A DNA stretch of 60,810 nt from assembly GCA_023418255.1 (NCBI GenBank), contig JAEZZZ010000032.1, positions 1 through 60,810 on the forward strand, in the 5' to 3' direction. This document shows, in pieces, positions 29,750-41,671 of this stretch. How positions within the stretch are numbered: position 1 is the stretch's first letter; each line of letters opens with the position of its first letter. Both the position numbers and the translations under genes were made by a program. Source of the DNA: Bacteroidota bacterium (GTDB lineage: Bacteria; Bacteroidota; Bacteroidia; Bacteroidales; Dysgonomonadaceae). The notes beneath the pieces were generated by a model. The model did not search any database. It was given only the letters and a program-made list of their open reading frames with translations, and was not told the DNA's origin.

Positions 29750-31186
29750 ATGAAAAAACCTATATACCTCTTACTCACAATATGTATGGCAATGTTATCG
29801 GGTTCTCTTTGGGCACAGCAAAACGATAGCCTTGTGCTGGATGTGGAAACAGCCATCAACATTGCACTAAACGAAAACCCAACGGTGAAAGTTGCCGAAA
29901 TGGAGGTGACAAAAAAACAATATGCAAAAAAATCTACCATGTCGATGTTGCTACCGCAAATAGACTTAATTGGTCAATATCAACGAGCCATTAAACGTCA
30001 AACCGTCTATTTTGACGAAGGATTTGGATTGAGTCACGACGACATCGATTTTTCGCAATACACACCCGAAGAACTCGAAGTGTTGAAGGTGATAGGAAAA
30101 GTGATGGCACCCAACCCCGAAAAATCCAAAGAAGGCATTCAAATGGGACGTTTCAACTCCTACACTGCCGGCATCAATGTGAGTTTACCATTGGTCGTTC
30201 CATCCTTATGGAAAAACATACAGATGAGCGAAGTGGATATTCAACTGGCCATGGAACAGGCACGTGCATCCAAACTCAGCCTTGTCAATCAAGTAAAAAA
30301 AGCATTTTACAGCCTGCTGCTGGCAAATGACAGCTACAACGTGTTTCAAGAAACCTACAAAAACGATTCACTCCAATTGGTAAATATTCGCAATCGATTC
30401 AAACAAGGGATGGTAGCAGAATATGATCTCATCACAGCAGACGTACGGTTGAAAAGCCTAATTCCCAATATTCTACAAGCCGAAAACATGCGTAAAATCA
30501 CAGAATTGCAACTTAAAATGTTGTTGGGATTGGACACCGAAATGCCCATTAAGGCACAAGGATCGCTGTCAGATTATAAAGAGACGATGTTTGAACAGCT
30601 GCTACCGGCAGACACGTCACTGATACACAACAGCGAAATGAAACAATTTCAGATGCAAATGCAGCAAGCACAAAATGCGCATCAACTACAAAAGCTGCAA
30701 TTTCTGCCAACGATCACCTCTACATTCAACTACTCATATATGAGTCAGAGCAACGATTTTAAATTTAACGACTATCGCTGGGACCCCTTCTCTATGCTTG
30801 GCGTAACACTTTCCATTCCTTTATTCCATGGTGGAAAACGCTATTTTGACACCAAACAATCGGAAATACAACTCTATCAAATGGAGGAACAACGTAAAAG
30901 TGTGGAACGCCAATTAAAACTGTCGATAAAAAACAACTTTCATATGATGAATAAAAACATCGAACAAGTCGTGGCAACCCAAACAGCTGTAGAACAAGCC
31001 AAAAGAGGATACAACATCACACAAAAACGATACGAAACCGGTATGGGCACCATTGTAGATCTAAATGCCGCCGCATTGGCCGTAACAAACGCGGAACTGC
31101 AATACCGCAATGCGGTATACGATTATTTGGCGGCAAAAGCCGATTTGGAACAAACATTGGGTTACGATATAAATGAACAACCATAA
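29750..31186 (+). CDS. TolC-family outer-membrane efflux protein
   Basis: 478 aa with a signal peptide and two repeated coiled/beta halves. The C-terminal LNAAALAVTNAELQYRNAVYDYLAAKADLE is typical of OEP/TolC. Confidence 0.9.
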   Translation: MKKPIYLLLTICMAMLSGSLWAQQNDSLVLDVETAINIALNENPTVKVAEMEVTKKQYAKKSTMSMLLPQIDLIGQYQRAIKRQTVYFDEGFGLSHDDIDFSQYTPEELEVLKVIGKVMAPNPEKSKEGIQMGRFNSYTAGINVSLPLVVPSLWKNIQMSEVDIQLAMEQARASKLSLVNQVKKAFYSLLLANDSYNVFQETYKNDSLQLVNIRNRFKQGMVAEYDLITADVRLKSLIPNILQAENMRKITELQLKMLLGLDTEMPIKAQGSLSDYKETMFEQLLPADTSLIHNSEMKQFQMQMQQAQNAHQLQKLQFLPTITSTFNYSYMSQSNDFKFNDYRWDPFSMLGVTLSIPLFHGGKRYFDTKQSEIQLYQMEEQRKSVERQLKLSIKNNFHMMNKNIEQVVATQTAVEQAKRGYNITQKRYETGMGTIVDLNAAALAVTNAELQYRNAVYDYLAAKADLEQTLGYDINEQP

Positions 31187-31229
31187 AAAGATAGAAGAGA
31201 AGATGCATTTTACAAAAAAACATAAACAA

Positions 31230-32249
31230 ATGAAACGATATCATTATATTCAAGCAGCAACTTATCTGTTGGCCGCAATAGCGTTTGTTTCTTGTGGCAA
31301 GAAAAGCGAAAAACAATCCGAAACAACGACAAAAAAAAATAATGTTCGCGTCCTGAAAGTACAAACACAAGATGTACAGCAACTCGAATCCTTCACCGCG
31401 ACGGTAGAGGCAGAAAATGTAAACAATATTGCACCGGGAGTTCCGGCACGTATCCGTCGCATCTATGTAGATGTAGGATCCACAGTCCGAAAAGGTCAAA
31501 TATTGGTCCAAATGGATGGCACAAACATGGCGCAACAAAAGACACAACTGGAAAGCTTGAAGCGCGACTATCAACGCTACAAAGAACTGTACGAAGTGGG
31601 TGGAATATCGCAACAACAATTGGAGCAAATGAAAACTCAATTGGATGTAGCCACATCAAGCTATGCCAATCTTTCCGAAAACACCGTTCTCACCAGCCCC
31701 ATCAACGGAGTGATTACGGCACGAAACTACGATGCCGGCGATATGCCCTCGGGCTTACCGATATTGACCGTCCAAAGCATTCAAACCTTAAAGGTTTTGA
31801 TAAAAGTTTCTGAATCGTTTTATCCAAAAGTTACAAAAGGAATGCCGGTGGATGTGCGTGTTGATGTCTTTGGCGACGAACTGTTTCAGGGAAAAGTATC
31901 GCTCATTTACCCTACACTAGACGCTACTTCCCATACGTTTCCGGTAGAAATAGAATTGCAAAACAAAGAATGGCGCATACGCCCCGGAATGTTTGCCCGC
32001 GTAACCATGAATTTCGGGAGCAATCACCGCCCGCTTATTCCGGATATGGCCGTGCTGAAACAAGCCGGAACCGACGACAGATATGTGTTTGTTGCCAAAG
32101 AAGGAAAAGCCGTTTTCACGCCGGTAAAAACAGGACGCAGAATCAACGACACATATGAAATCATCTCCGGACTCACCGGTGGAGAACTGATTGTGGTCCA
32201 AGGCAATTCAAATTTAAACGATGGCGATGAAATTGAAATTATCCCATAA
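31230..32249 (+). CDS. RND efflux periplasmic adaptor (membrane-fusion protein)
   Basis: Lipobox AFVSCG and a biotinyl-lipoyl-like hairpin (RIRRIYVDVGSTVRKGQILVQMD). Alternative starts are 31173 and 31203; 31230 was chosen because it does not overlap the TolC gene. Confidence 0.85.
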   Translation: MKRYHYIQAATYLLAAIAFVSCGKKSEKQSETTTKKNNVRVLKVQTQDVQQLESFTATVEAENVNNIAPGVPARIRRIYVDVGSTVRKGQILVQMDGTNMAQQKTQLESLKRDYQRYKELYEVGGISQQQLEQMKTQLDVATSSYANLSENTVLTSPINGVITARNYDAGDMPSGLPILTVQSIQTLKVLIKVSESFYPKVTKGMPVDVRVDVFGDELFQGKVSLIYPTLDATSHTFPVEIELQNKEWRIRPGMFARVTMNFGSNHRPLIPDMAVLKQAGTDDRYVFVAKEGKAVFTPVKTGRRINDTYEIISGLTGGELIVVQGNSNLNDGDEIEIIP

Positions 32250-32315
32250 CCCCATTTATACCCCAAAACGATATAGATAGCTATAAAAATATAACGTTAA
32301 AAAGACAATAAATAT

Positions 32316-35300
32316 ATGAAACTATATCAATCTGCCGTAAAAAAACCGATTACAACCGCACTGATATTCATCGGGATTATGATAATCGGGATGCTTTTTT
32401 ACACGCAACTTCCCGTAGATATATTTCCCAAGATTCAGACCAACAGCCTTACCATTCTGACACCTTATCAAGGTGCCGGTGCAGAAGATATTGAAACCAA
32501 CGTAACACGTCCGTTGGAGGATATGCTCAATTCAACGGAAAATTTAAAGAAGATACAATCGGTCTCAAAAGACAATATATCTCTCATCACGTTAGAGTTT
32601 AATTACGGAACCAACATCGATAATTCGATGAACGACGTACGCGATAAACTGGGAATGGCAAAAAGTCTGTTGCCCAAAGGAGCGGATGACCCGCTTATTT
32701 TCAAGTTTAGCGCAGACATGATTCCCGTAGTGATCGTGTCAGTAATCGCGGATGAAAGTCAAAACGCGCTTTATAAAATTTTGGACGAAAAAGTAGTCAA
32801 TCCACTCAATCGCATTCCCGGCGTGGGTACAGTGTCTGTGTCAGGTGCACCAAGACGCGAGATTCAAGTAAACGTTGTTCCAGAAAAAATTGACACCTAT
32901 GGCATTACGGTTGAACAAATTGCAGCCAAAATTGCCGAAGAAAACTTAAATATTCCAGGCGGAAATTTTGATGTCGGCTCACAAACCTATATGCTTCGGC
33001 TAGAAGGACAGTTCAAGGAAAGTGCCGAAATAAACAACATCATTGTTTCCAATTTCAACGGAACTCCTGTTTATCTACGCGACGTTGCCCAGGTATCCGA
33101 TACCATCCGCTCACGAGTGCAAGAAGTATACACTGATGGAAAACGCAGTGCGATGATAATTGTCCAAAAACAATCGGGAGCCAACACGGTGGATATTGCT
33201 CAAAAAATTGACAAAGCTCTTCCCGATTTGCAGAAGACGCTGCCACCGGATGTTAAGATTCAAAAAGTAATGGACACGGCAGAATTTATTGTCGCCTCGG
33301 TAAACAGTCTGAAAGAAACCATTTTGATGGCACTGATCATTGTGGCGTTGGTGGTGCTCTTTTTCTTGGGACGCTGGCGTGCCACATTTATCATTTTGCT
33401 GACCATCCCCATTTCACTCATCAGCTCGTTCATCTATCTTTTCCTAACCGGAAATACCATCAACATAATTTCGTTGTCGGCTCTTTCCATTACAATTGGA
33501 TTGGTGGTGGACGATGCCATTGTAGTACTGGAAAACATCACCACACATATTGAGCGCGGAAGTCGTCCTGACCAAGGCGCTGTGTATGCCACCGAAGAGG
33601 TCTCGCTCTCGGTAATTGCGTCTACCCTCACCATTATTGCCGTTTTCCTTCCTATGACAATGATTGGAGGATTTGCAGGAATGATTTTCAGCCAATTGGG
33701 ATGGATGGTTACTATTATCATCACACTCTCGACCATTGCGGCACTATCGCTCACCCCCATGCTGAGTTCGAAGTGGTTACGCGCTCAGCGCGATGTTGGA
33801 CGCACAAGCCGTTTCGATAAATGGTACGACAAACACATTCGTCCTTTATTGGATAAATTAGACCACCACTACTCGCGTTTGGTAAATCATTCTGCACGAC
33901 ACCGCTGGCGTACGGTTGCGATTGTGAGCGTAGTGATGATTGTCTCTTTGGTAGCGGTTGTTTTAGGGCTGAAAACGGAATTTATGCCCGCATCAGACAA
34001 CGACTATATTGAGATGCGCATTCATCTGCCAACCGGAACACGTATGGAGCGTTCACGTGATTTGGGAGAACGCATTCGCAACATGTTAGAAGAGAAATAC
34101 AACGAAATTGATGTTATCAGCCTTGCCGTAGGACAAGCTGACGAAGACAACACATTTGCCTCTCTTTCAGACAACGGAAGCCACATCATCTCATTTAATA
34201 TTGGATTGGTTCCTGCCAAAGATCGCCATAAATCAATCTATGAAATAGGGGATGAAATTCGTAGCCTATTTGCGACAATGCCCGAAATCCATCGCTACGA
34301 AGTAATGCCCGGTGGCGACAATAGCGGCGGAGCCAGCACGTCGGGAAGCAGCTTAAGTGTTGATATTTTTGGATACGACTTTGCAACAACCGACCGAATT
34401 TCGCACGAGCTACAAGAGAAACTCTCCAACATCAAAGGGCTCAAAGATGTTAAAATATCGAGACAAGACTATCGACAAGAGTATCAAATTGTATTCGATA
34501 GAGAAAAACTCGCGCTGCAAGGGCTGACCATGAACAGTGCGGCATCTGCGGTGAGAAATCGAATGAATGGCATGCGCATTTCGCAATTCAGGGAGCAGGG
34601 AGACGAGTATGACATCACCGTTCGATTTGGCGAAGAATATAGAAACTCTATCGCAAACATAGAAAATATCACCCTTTTCACACCCACCGGAAAAACGATA
34701 AAAATTCGCGACGTGGGACAAGTGGTCGAGAAAACATCGCTACCGCAAATCGACAGACAAAATCGTGAACGCGTGGTACGTGTGCAGGCTACATTGTATG
34801 GACGCGCTCTGAGTGAAGTGGTGAAAGATATCAACAAAGCCATCTCTTCAACGGAAATTCCTTCCGAAATCGGAGTAAAAATCAGCGGTTCATACGAAGA
34901 TCAACAGGAGTCGTTCCGCGACATGACGCTATTGCTTTTATTGGTAACACTATTGGTTTATATCGTTATTGCTTCGCAATTTGAGTCGCTCACCTATCCG
35001 TTTATCATTATCCTGACGGTTCCCATTGCCTTTATTGGCGGTTTACTCTTCCTTGTGATCACAGGTTATCCCATGGGAATTATGGGATTTGTTGGAGTGA
35101 TTATGTTGGTGGGAATCATCGTAAAAAACGGTATTGTCCTCATTGATTATATCAATCTGAATAGAGAACGCGGCATGTCCATCATCACAGCGGTTGTTGA
35201 CGGCGGAAAGTCTCGCTTGCGCCCGGTTTTGATGACGACACTCACAACCATTCTGGGAATGATTCCCATGGCAATAGGGAGAGGACAAGGCTCGGAACTT

Positions 35301-35498
35301 TGGAGAACTTTGGGAATAACTGTTATCGGAGGTATGACATTTGCGACCATTATTACGTTGATTCTTGTTCCGGCACTTTATTCCATTTTTGGTGGCTTCG
35401 GCGTACGACGAAAACGAAAGAAACATCGCCAAAGAATCTACACAATCAATGGAAATGGATTGGAAAATGAAACGAACATCATCATCTCAAAAAAATAA
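32316..35498 (+). CDS. RND efflux permease (AcrB/HAE1 family)
   Basis: 1060 aa with 12-TM/two-large-loop architecture. Motifs GLVVDDAIVVLENI and VGIIVKNGIVLIDY. Confidence 0.95.
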   Translation: MKLYQSAVKKPITTALIFIGIMIIGMLFYTQLPVDIFPKIQTNSLTILTPYQGAGAEDIETNVTRPLEDMLNSTENLKKIQSVSKDNISLITLEFNYGTNIDNSMNDVRDKLGMAKSLLPKGADDPLIFKFSADMIPVVIVSVIADESQNALYKILDEKVVNPLNRIPGVGTVSVSGAPRREIQVNVVPEKIDTYGITVEQIAAKIAEENLNIPGGNFDVGSQTYMLRLEGQFKESAEINNIIVSNFNGTPVYLRDVAQVSDTIRSRVQEVYTDGKRSAMIIVQKQSGANTVDIAQKIDKALPDLQKTLPPDVKIQKVMDTAEFIVASVNSLKETILMALIIVALVVLFFLGRWRATFIILLTIPISLISSFIYLFLTGNTINIISLSALSITIGLVVDDAIVVLENITTHIERGSRPDQGAVYATEEVSLSVIASTLTIIAVFLPMTMIGGFAGMIFSQLGWMVTIIITLSTIAALSLTPMLSSKWLRAQRDVGRTSRFDKWYDKHIRPLLDKLDHHYSRLVNHSARHRWRTVAIVSVVMIVSLVAVVLGLKTEFMPASDNDYIEMRIHLPTGTRMERSRDLGERIRNMLEEKYNEIDVISLAVGQADEDNTFASLSDNGSHIISFNIGLVPAKDRHKSIYEIGDEIRSLFATMPEIHRYEVMPGGDNSGGASTSGSSLSVDIFGYDFATTDRISHELQEKLSNIKGLKDVKISRQDYRQEYQIVFDREKLALQGLTMNSAASAVRNRMNGMRISQFREQGDEYDITVRFGEEYRNSIANIENITLFTPTGKTIKIRDVGQVVEKTSLPQIDRQNRERVVRVQATLYGRALSEVVKDINKAISSTEIPSEIGVKISGSYEDQQESFRDMTLLLLLVTLLVYIVIASQFESLTYPFIIILTVPIAFIGGLLFLVITGYPMGIMGFVGVIMLVGIIVKNGIVLIDYINLNRERGMSIITAVVDGGKSRLRPVLMTTLTTILGMIPMAIGRGQGSELWRTLGITVIGGMTFATIITLILVPALYSIFGGFGVRRKRKKHRQRIYTINGNGLENETNIIISKK

Positions 35499-35505
35499 CG
35501 AACGT

Positions 35506-35799
35506 ATGAAGGCTGTAATGATAACGCTTGACCAAGCGCACTATAACAAGATTGTAACCGATTTGTCAAAAATGAATATTCGTGGTTTTACTTCATGGAA
35601 AAAGGTATACGGACGCGGCAGTCACAAAGGAATTCCGCACTACGGAACACACGCGTGGCCATCAATGAACTGCGCCATTTTGACAGTCGTGGAAGATGAA
35701 AAAGTGAAAACGCTATTGGATTACCTTCGGGGTGTGGATGAAGATTATTCCAACTTGGGACTTCGCGCTTTTGTGTGGCATATTGAGGAGATGATTTAA
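35506..35799 (+). CDS. small transporter-associated protein (P-II-fold-like, PG0541/DUF3240-like; tentative)
   Basis: 97 aa from ATG 35506, 8 nt after the RND stop. MKAVMITLDQAHYNKIV... resembles small proteins that trail RND genes in Bacteroidota. The family is recalled from memory. Confidence 0.55.
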   Translation: MKAVMITLDQAHYNKIVTDLSKMNIRGFTSWKKVYGRGSHKGIPHYGTHAWPSMNCAILTVVEDEKVKTLLDYLRGVDEDYSNLGLRAFVWHIEEMI

Positions 35800-35911
35800 T
35801 AAAAAAAGAGATGAAGCATCGCTTTTGATTAACAAATATTTTTTTGGTGAACCGATTGCAGTTTCAAACGTTCTAATTGCAAACATGAATCACTAATTAA
35901 ATGCATAAAAT

Positions 35912-37084
35912 ATGGCAATTATCCGAAGTATCTTAGATACTGACCTATACAAATTCACAACCGGATATGCTTATTCCAAGCTATTCCCACGCGCATGTGG
36001 CGAGTTCGAGTTTGTCGATCGGAGCAATGGAGACTATCCCGAAGGATTTGACAAAATGCTGAAAGCGGAACTTCAAGAGATGTCAAAACTTTATCTCACA
36101 GACGAAGAAGAGGCTTTCATACGTAAAGAGATGCCCTATCTACCTCCGATTTATATCGACTTTTTGAAGGGTTTTCGTTTCAATCCCAACGAAGTGGATG
36201 TGCACATGGAAGGACGCAAACTGCACATCCGAGCTTCCGGATTGCTCTACCGCATTACGTTGTGGGAGACTCCTATTCTTGCTACAGTTTCGGAACTCTA
36301 TTTTAGAATGACCAACCAAAAGCCCGACCTCAAATATATGGAAGAGGCCGCTATTGAAAAAGGACAAAAACTGAAAGAGCACGACATTGTGTTTTCACTT
36401 TTCGGCATGCGCCGTCGATACAGTTTTGATGTGGAAGACCGTGTTACGGAATTGCTCAAGCAGAATGCAGGGAACAGTTTCTTTGGCACCAGCAATGTCT
36501 ATATGGCTTTTCGTCACAATCTACGCGTTTCGGGAACCCATCCGCACGAGTGGGTTCAATTTCACGGCTCTATCTACGGCTACAAAATGGCAAATTATAT
36601 GTCGATGGAAGACTGGATTAATGTTTACGACGGCGATTTAGGAACAGTGCTCACCGACACCTACACCACCGATGTTTTCTTGCGAAATTTTAGCAAAAAA
36701 CATGCCGCGCTTTTCACCAGTTTGCGCCACGACAGCGGCGATCCATATACGTTTGTAGATAAAGTTATCAAGCGATACGAAGAACTTCGCATCAATCCAA
36801 AACTGAAATATATTGTTTTTTCCGACAGTCTGAATGTGGACAAAGCCATCGAAATAAAAGCGTATTGCGCCGACAGAATCGGTGCCACTTTCGGCATTGG
36901 CACTAATCTCACCAACGATGTGGGAAACAACATCAAGGGAATGAATATTGTGATGAAGCTTTTCCGATGCAAGATGACAGCAAAAGAGAAGTGGCAAGAG
37001 TGTGTGAAACTTTCGGACATTGAAGGCAAACATACCGGCAGCAAAAGAGAAATAGACTTGGCACAAGAAACATTGCAGTTGTGA
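35912..37084 (+). CDS. pncB: nicotinate phosphoribosyltransferase
   Basis: 390 aa. N-terminus SILDTDLYKFT, and later GTHPHEW and RHDSGDP motifs. Confidence 0.9.
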   Translation: MAIIRSILDTDLYKFTTGYAYSKLFPRACGEFEFVDRSNGDYPEGFDKMLKAELQEMSKLYLTDEEEAFIRKEMPYLPPIYIDFLKGFRFNPNEVDVHMEGRKLHIRASGLLYRITLWETPILATVSELYFRMTNQKPDLKYMEEAAIEKGQKLKEHDIVFSLFGMRRRYSFDVEDRVTELLKQNAGNSFFGTSNVYMAFRHNLRVSGTHPHEWVQFHGSIYGYKMANYMSMEDWINVYDGDLGTVLTDTYTTDVFLRNFSKKHAALFTSLRHDSGDPYTFVDKVIKRYEELRINPKLKYIVFSDSLNVDKAIEIKAYCADRIGATFGIGTNLTNDVGNNIKGMNIVMKLFRCKMTAKEKWQECVKLSDIEGKHTGSKREIDLAQETLQL

Positions 37085-37357
37085 TATAAAACTGTCCAAA
37101 TATAAATTTTCTGTTTGTTAGAGTCAAGAAAAGCGTTTTGCAACCTATTGCTTAGTTCGTAATTATCTGTACAAACTTTACAATACTTCTTTATATCGTT
37201 TACTAAAAGTATTTCTTTTACATAACGATGCCATTGTGCTGCGTCTATTCCATTATGAGTCACATATAAAATTTCAATGCAGCAGCCACCACAAAGGATG
37301 ATTTACAAAATAGTGATTGTTTTTTAATGTATAATTGAAAATATTACTCTGTAACGG

Positions 37358-38719
37358 ATGTCTTCTTTTTTTTCATCGGAACAACAAATTAGAGACCTTA
37401 CACAAGGCAGTATCTCAAAAAAACTTTTCTCGCTTACACTCCCTCTAATGGCTGTAAGCTTTATACAGATGACGTACAACTTCATCGATATAGCATGGGT
37501 GGGACGTTTGGGGAGTCGCTCGTCGGCAGCCGTCGGTACCATGGGGCTTTTCATGTGGCTGATGAGTTCCATCGCGCTTATTTCAAAAATCGGCGCAGAG
37601 ATTACCATTGGACAATCCATCGGTGCGCGAAGGCAAGATAAAGCATCGATGTATGCCTCTCACACGACGATGATTGCCATTTTGTTGGGTCTGTTTTTCT
37701 TTCTAGTGTTCGTTTCGCAAACGCGCTTGATTGTTTCATTTTTTGGATTGGAAGAAGATATTACATACGAGGCGGTCAATTATTTGCGAATTGTAGCTTT
37801 CGGATTTCCCGCCATGTTTTTGATACTCAATTTCTCCGGCATTTATGTTGGAACCGGACGAAGCGATATTCCTTTCTATTTCATGGCCTTCGGACTTGTC
37901 CTGAATATCGTCTTAGACCCAGTACTTATTTTTGGTCTTTGGATTTTCCCAAAAATGGGCTTACAAGGTGCCGCGCTAGCAACAGTAATTTCACAAATTA
38001 GCGTGATTATATTTTATATATGGCATTTGAAGAAATTTCGCTTACTGGGGCGATTTTCATTCTTCATTCGATTGCGTCGTCACTACACATTGCACATCCT
38101 GAAATTAGGTGTTCCTTTTGCGTCTATGCATGTGCTGTTCTCGTTTATAAGCATGAATCTTGTGCGCATAGCGTTTACCTATGGAGGACATTTGGGCGTA
38201 ACCAGTCAAACAATCGGCGGACAAATCGAGGGAATTACATACAATACCTCATCGGCGTTTTCCACCTCGCTGGGCAGTTTTGTGGCACAAAACTATGCCG
38301 CCGAACGAATTGACAGAGCCAAGCGTGCTTTTCGTTATACGTGGAAAATTATGGCTGTTTTAGGCACACTCGTAACACTGGCATTTTTCTTTTTTGGTGA
38401 CAAAATTTTCTCGGTATTTATTCCCGAAGAAGCGGCATATCGTGCCGGAGGCGAATACCTTGCCATTCTAGGAGTTTCGCAGCTGTTTATGATGCTCGAA
38501 ATCATTACCGGCGGCATGTTCAACGGTTTTGGGCGCACTACCCCACCCGCCATTATCAGCATCGTATTTAATGTATTGCGGATTCCCGCTGCCATTTTCT
38601 TGGCCTCGCGTATGGGCGTTATCGGAGTTTGGTGGGCTGTCAGCATTTCCTCAATTTTCAAAGGCATTCTACTGTTTATTTGGTACATCCTGTTTTCGAA
38701 GAAAGTGGAGAAAAAATAA
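37358..38719 (+). CDS. MATE-family efflux transporter
   Basis: 453 aa with a 12-TM profile and N-terminal ISKKLFSLTLPLMAVSFIQMTYNFIDIAWVGRLG. Confidence 0.85.
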   Translation: MSSFFSSEQQIRDLTQGSISKKLFSLTLPLMAVSFIQMTYNFIDIAWVGRLGSRSSAAVGTMGLFMWLMSSIALISKIGAEITIGQSIGARRQDKASMYASHTTMIAILLGLFFFLVFVSQTRLIVSFFGLEEDITYEAVNYLRIVAFGFPAMFLILNFSGIYVGTGRSDIPFYFMAFGLVLNIVLDPVLIFGLWIFPKMGLQGAALATVISQISVIIFYIWHLKKFRLLGRFSFFIRLRRHYTLHILKLGVPFASMHVLFSFISMNLVRIAFTYGGHLGVTSQTIGGQIEGITYNTSSAFSTSLGSFVAQNYAAERIDRAKRAFRYTWKIMAVLGTLVTLAFFFFGDKIFSVFIPEEAAYRAGGEYLAILGVSQLFMMLEIITGGMFNGFGRTTPPAIISIVFNVLRIPAAIFLASRMGVIGVWWAVSISSIFKGILLFIWYILFSKKVEKK

Positions 38720-38957
38720 TTATTTTTTGGTGTACGTTATTGCATTTTTTCATATATTTGTCTAATAATCAATATATAGAAAATGCATACCGTACAGAAA
38801 CCAATACAACGCAGTGTCCTTAGTCGACAATTGGGAAAAGAGAACTACATTTTGAAAAGAAAATGGAGTTAGTATTTTGCAAGATTTGTTGTTAAGTTCA
38901 TAAAAATTGAAAAAATGAGCAGTCTAACATGGAAAAGCCGACATTTGTGGCATAATG

Positions 38958-38992
38958 AAAAAAGAGCCGTCTCGTTATGAGACAACTCTTTT
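38958..38992 (-). terminator. possible terminator hairpin downstream of gap
   Basis: Imperfect stem AAAGAGccGTCTC / GAGACaaCTCTTT, flanked by A and T runs. Confidence 0.4.
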
Positions 38993-39018
38993 AATGCTTT
39001 ATTTATCGAACGATAGTT

Positions 39019-40044
<1,026 letters not shown>

Positions 40045-40212
40045 TTAATAAGAGTTTTAATTTCATTTTTGAGACTACAAAAATACACTTTTTTTCTTGC
40101 AAATAAAATTATTCTCATTAAAAACTACTCAGCGTTCTCTTTTTATTAGTTCAATTCTATGTAAGTTTAAAGAAAATCACGTACATTTGTTCTTCATTAT
40201 TCATCTATTTGT

Positions 40213-40220
40213 TAAATTTG
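40213..40220 (+). promoter_or_regulatory. candidate -7 box for the PDZ-protein gene
   Basis: TAAATTTG lies 15 nt upstream of ATG 40235, which implies a very short leader. Confidence 0.3.
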
Positions 40221-40234
40221 ACATTTATCAATCA

Positions 40235-41671
40235 ATGAAAAGATATATTCTTGCTTTCGCTATATTGTTTTTTATTAGTAGCTCTCACACACAGTCACAA
40301 ACAGCTAACGAATCATGCAATTTAGGTTTTGCCTTTGAAATAAGCAACGACCCCAACTGGGGATATAATGAACCGGTTATTGTAGACATAACACCCGGTT
40401 CACCTGCCGAAAAAGCCGGCTTGCAAATAAACGATATTATTCTCGAAGTAAATGGCTCCGGAACTTTTTTAAAACCTTATCAAACCATCATGTCATGGTT
40501 CAACCGCAGTGATCGAAATATGTCGATTTCGATTCGTAACTTCAAAACGTCATTCAAAACATTACAGATCGATAAAAACTGTCGAAACAGAAATGCTATT
40601 TCAGAAGTTCAATTGGCCCCTGTCTTTTCGTTTTATAGTCTTGAGGATGTGCAGGATCGCCGTTTTATCATACCCGTTAAAACAACAACAAGCACAGATG
40701 CCAGTTATGCACAATATCGAACTTTTGATTTTGTCTCTTCTGATGAAAGCTCACGTGAACTGGATAAACGTATAAATGCCATCTTCATACGTGCATTAGG
40801 CGAAAGAGGCCTGGTGCGTGACACAGATGATCCCGATTTTATTATTCAGACATATTATAGCTATCAAAGCAATCCAATGTTTAAACCCGACTCGCCCACA
40901 TATGGTTCATATCAATCAGTATGGCGTTTCGATACAAGAAATAAACGAATGGTTAAACTGCCTGTTTACAATCCGTCCGAAGGCGTAAGGGTGGATGACA
41001 TCGTGTATAATATTGAATTTGGATATCGCTTTTATGATAGAAAATGGAAACAACCCGGTGAAATGACATTGATTTGGGAAGGTGAAGTGACAGAACGTTT
41101 GAGTGAAAATTATCCTCTTTTGGACTATTTAGAAATGAATCTCCCACTGCTTTTATTGAAATTCCCTTATCCAGGGAACCTCTCTTTTGCAACCTATCAA
41201 GTGAAAAACATCAAATATAACTTTACAGGCATTGAGTATGATATAAATGATCTTAAAACAGTTATGAGTGTTGCACCTAATTCGCCGGCGGAAAATGCGG
41301 GAATTCGTCCGGGCGACATAATTCTCAGCATTCAAAAACAGTCTTTTAAACACACATCAAAATCATTGACACAAAGCTATCGTCAATTTATTTCAGAAAC
41401 AATGAAGTATAGAGACAGATCGACCCAATACACCGACTCTAACGGCTTTAAAAAGTGCATGTTTTGGGATATTGACTACTATTACAACATTTCAGAAACA
41501 ATCAAAAAGAAAAGATATAAATCAGCATTTTCATATCTTTTTAATTTTAACCAATACATTGATTGGCAAACACCTGAAACGCTGAATATAGAAGTTGACA
41601 GAGAAGGTGAAAAGCTGGAATTCGATGTTAAACCCATTGTTAAACACAGTTCACATATTCTGGTTTATTAG
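40235..41671 (+). CDS. secreted protein with two PDZ domains
   Basis: Signal peptide MKRYILAFAILFFISS. PDZ carboxylate-loop regions ITPGSPAEKAGLQINDIILEVNG and VAPNSPAENAGIRPGDIILSI. The start was moved from TTG 40097 to ATG 40235. Confidence 0.75.
   Translation: MKRYILAFAILFFISSSHTQSQTANESCNLGFAFEISNDPNWGYNEPVIVDITPGSPAEKAGLQINDIILEVNGSGTFLKPYQTIMSWFNRSDRNMSISIRNFKTSFKTLQIDKNCRNRNAISEVQLAPVFSFYSLEDVQDRRFIIPVKTTTSTDASYAQYRTFDFVSSDESSRELDKRINAIFIRALGERGLVRDTDDPDFIIQTYYSYQSNPMFKPDSPTYGSYQSVWRFDTRNKRMVKLPVYNPSEGVRVDDIVYNIEFGYRFYDRKWKQPGEMTLIWEGEVTERLSENYPLLDYLEMNLPLLLLKFPYPGNLSFATYQVKNIKYNFTGIEYDINDLKTVMSVAPNSPAENAGIRPGDIILSIQKQSFKHTSKSLTQSYRQFISETMKYRDRSTQYTDSNGFKKCMFWDIDYYYNISETIKKKRYKSAFSYLFNFNQYIDWQTPETLNIEVDREGEKLEFDVKPIVKHSSHILVY

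Noticed and set aside
31017-31640. A 207-aa minus-strand ORF spans the TolC/MFP junction.
   Set aside because: It is antisense to two well-supported efflux genes. The translation is rich in Leu, Phe, Cys and His and shows no motif. It is a shadow ORF.
36638-37263. Minus-strand ORFs of 153 and 200 aa overlap pncB and extend ~180 nt into the pncB/MATE intergenic region.
   Set aside because: Most of each ORF is antisense to a confidently identified pncB. The intergenic part (MTHNGIDAAQWHRYVKE...) has no recognisable family and no promoter box. I treat it as chance.
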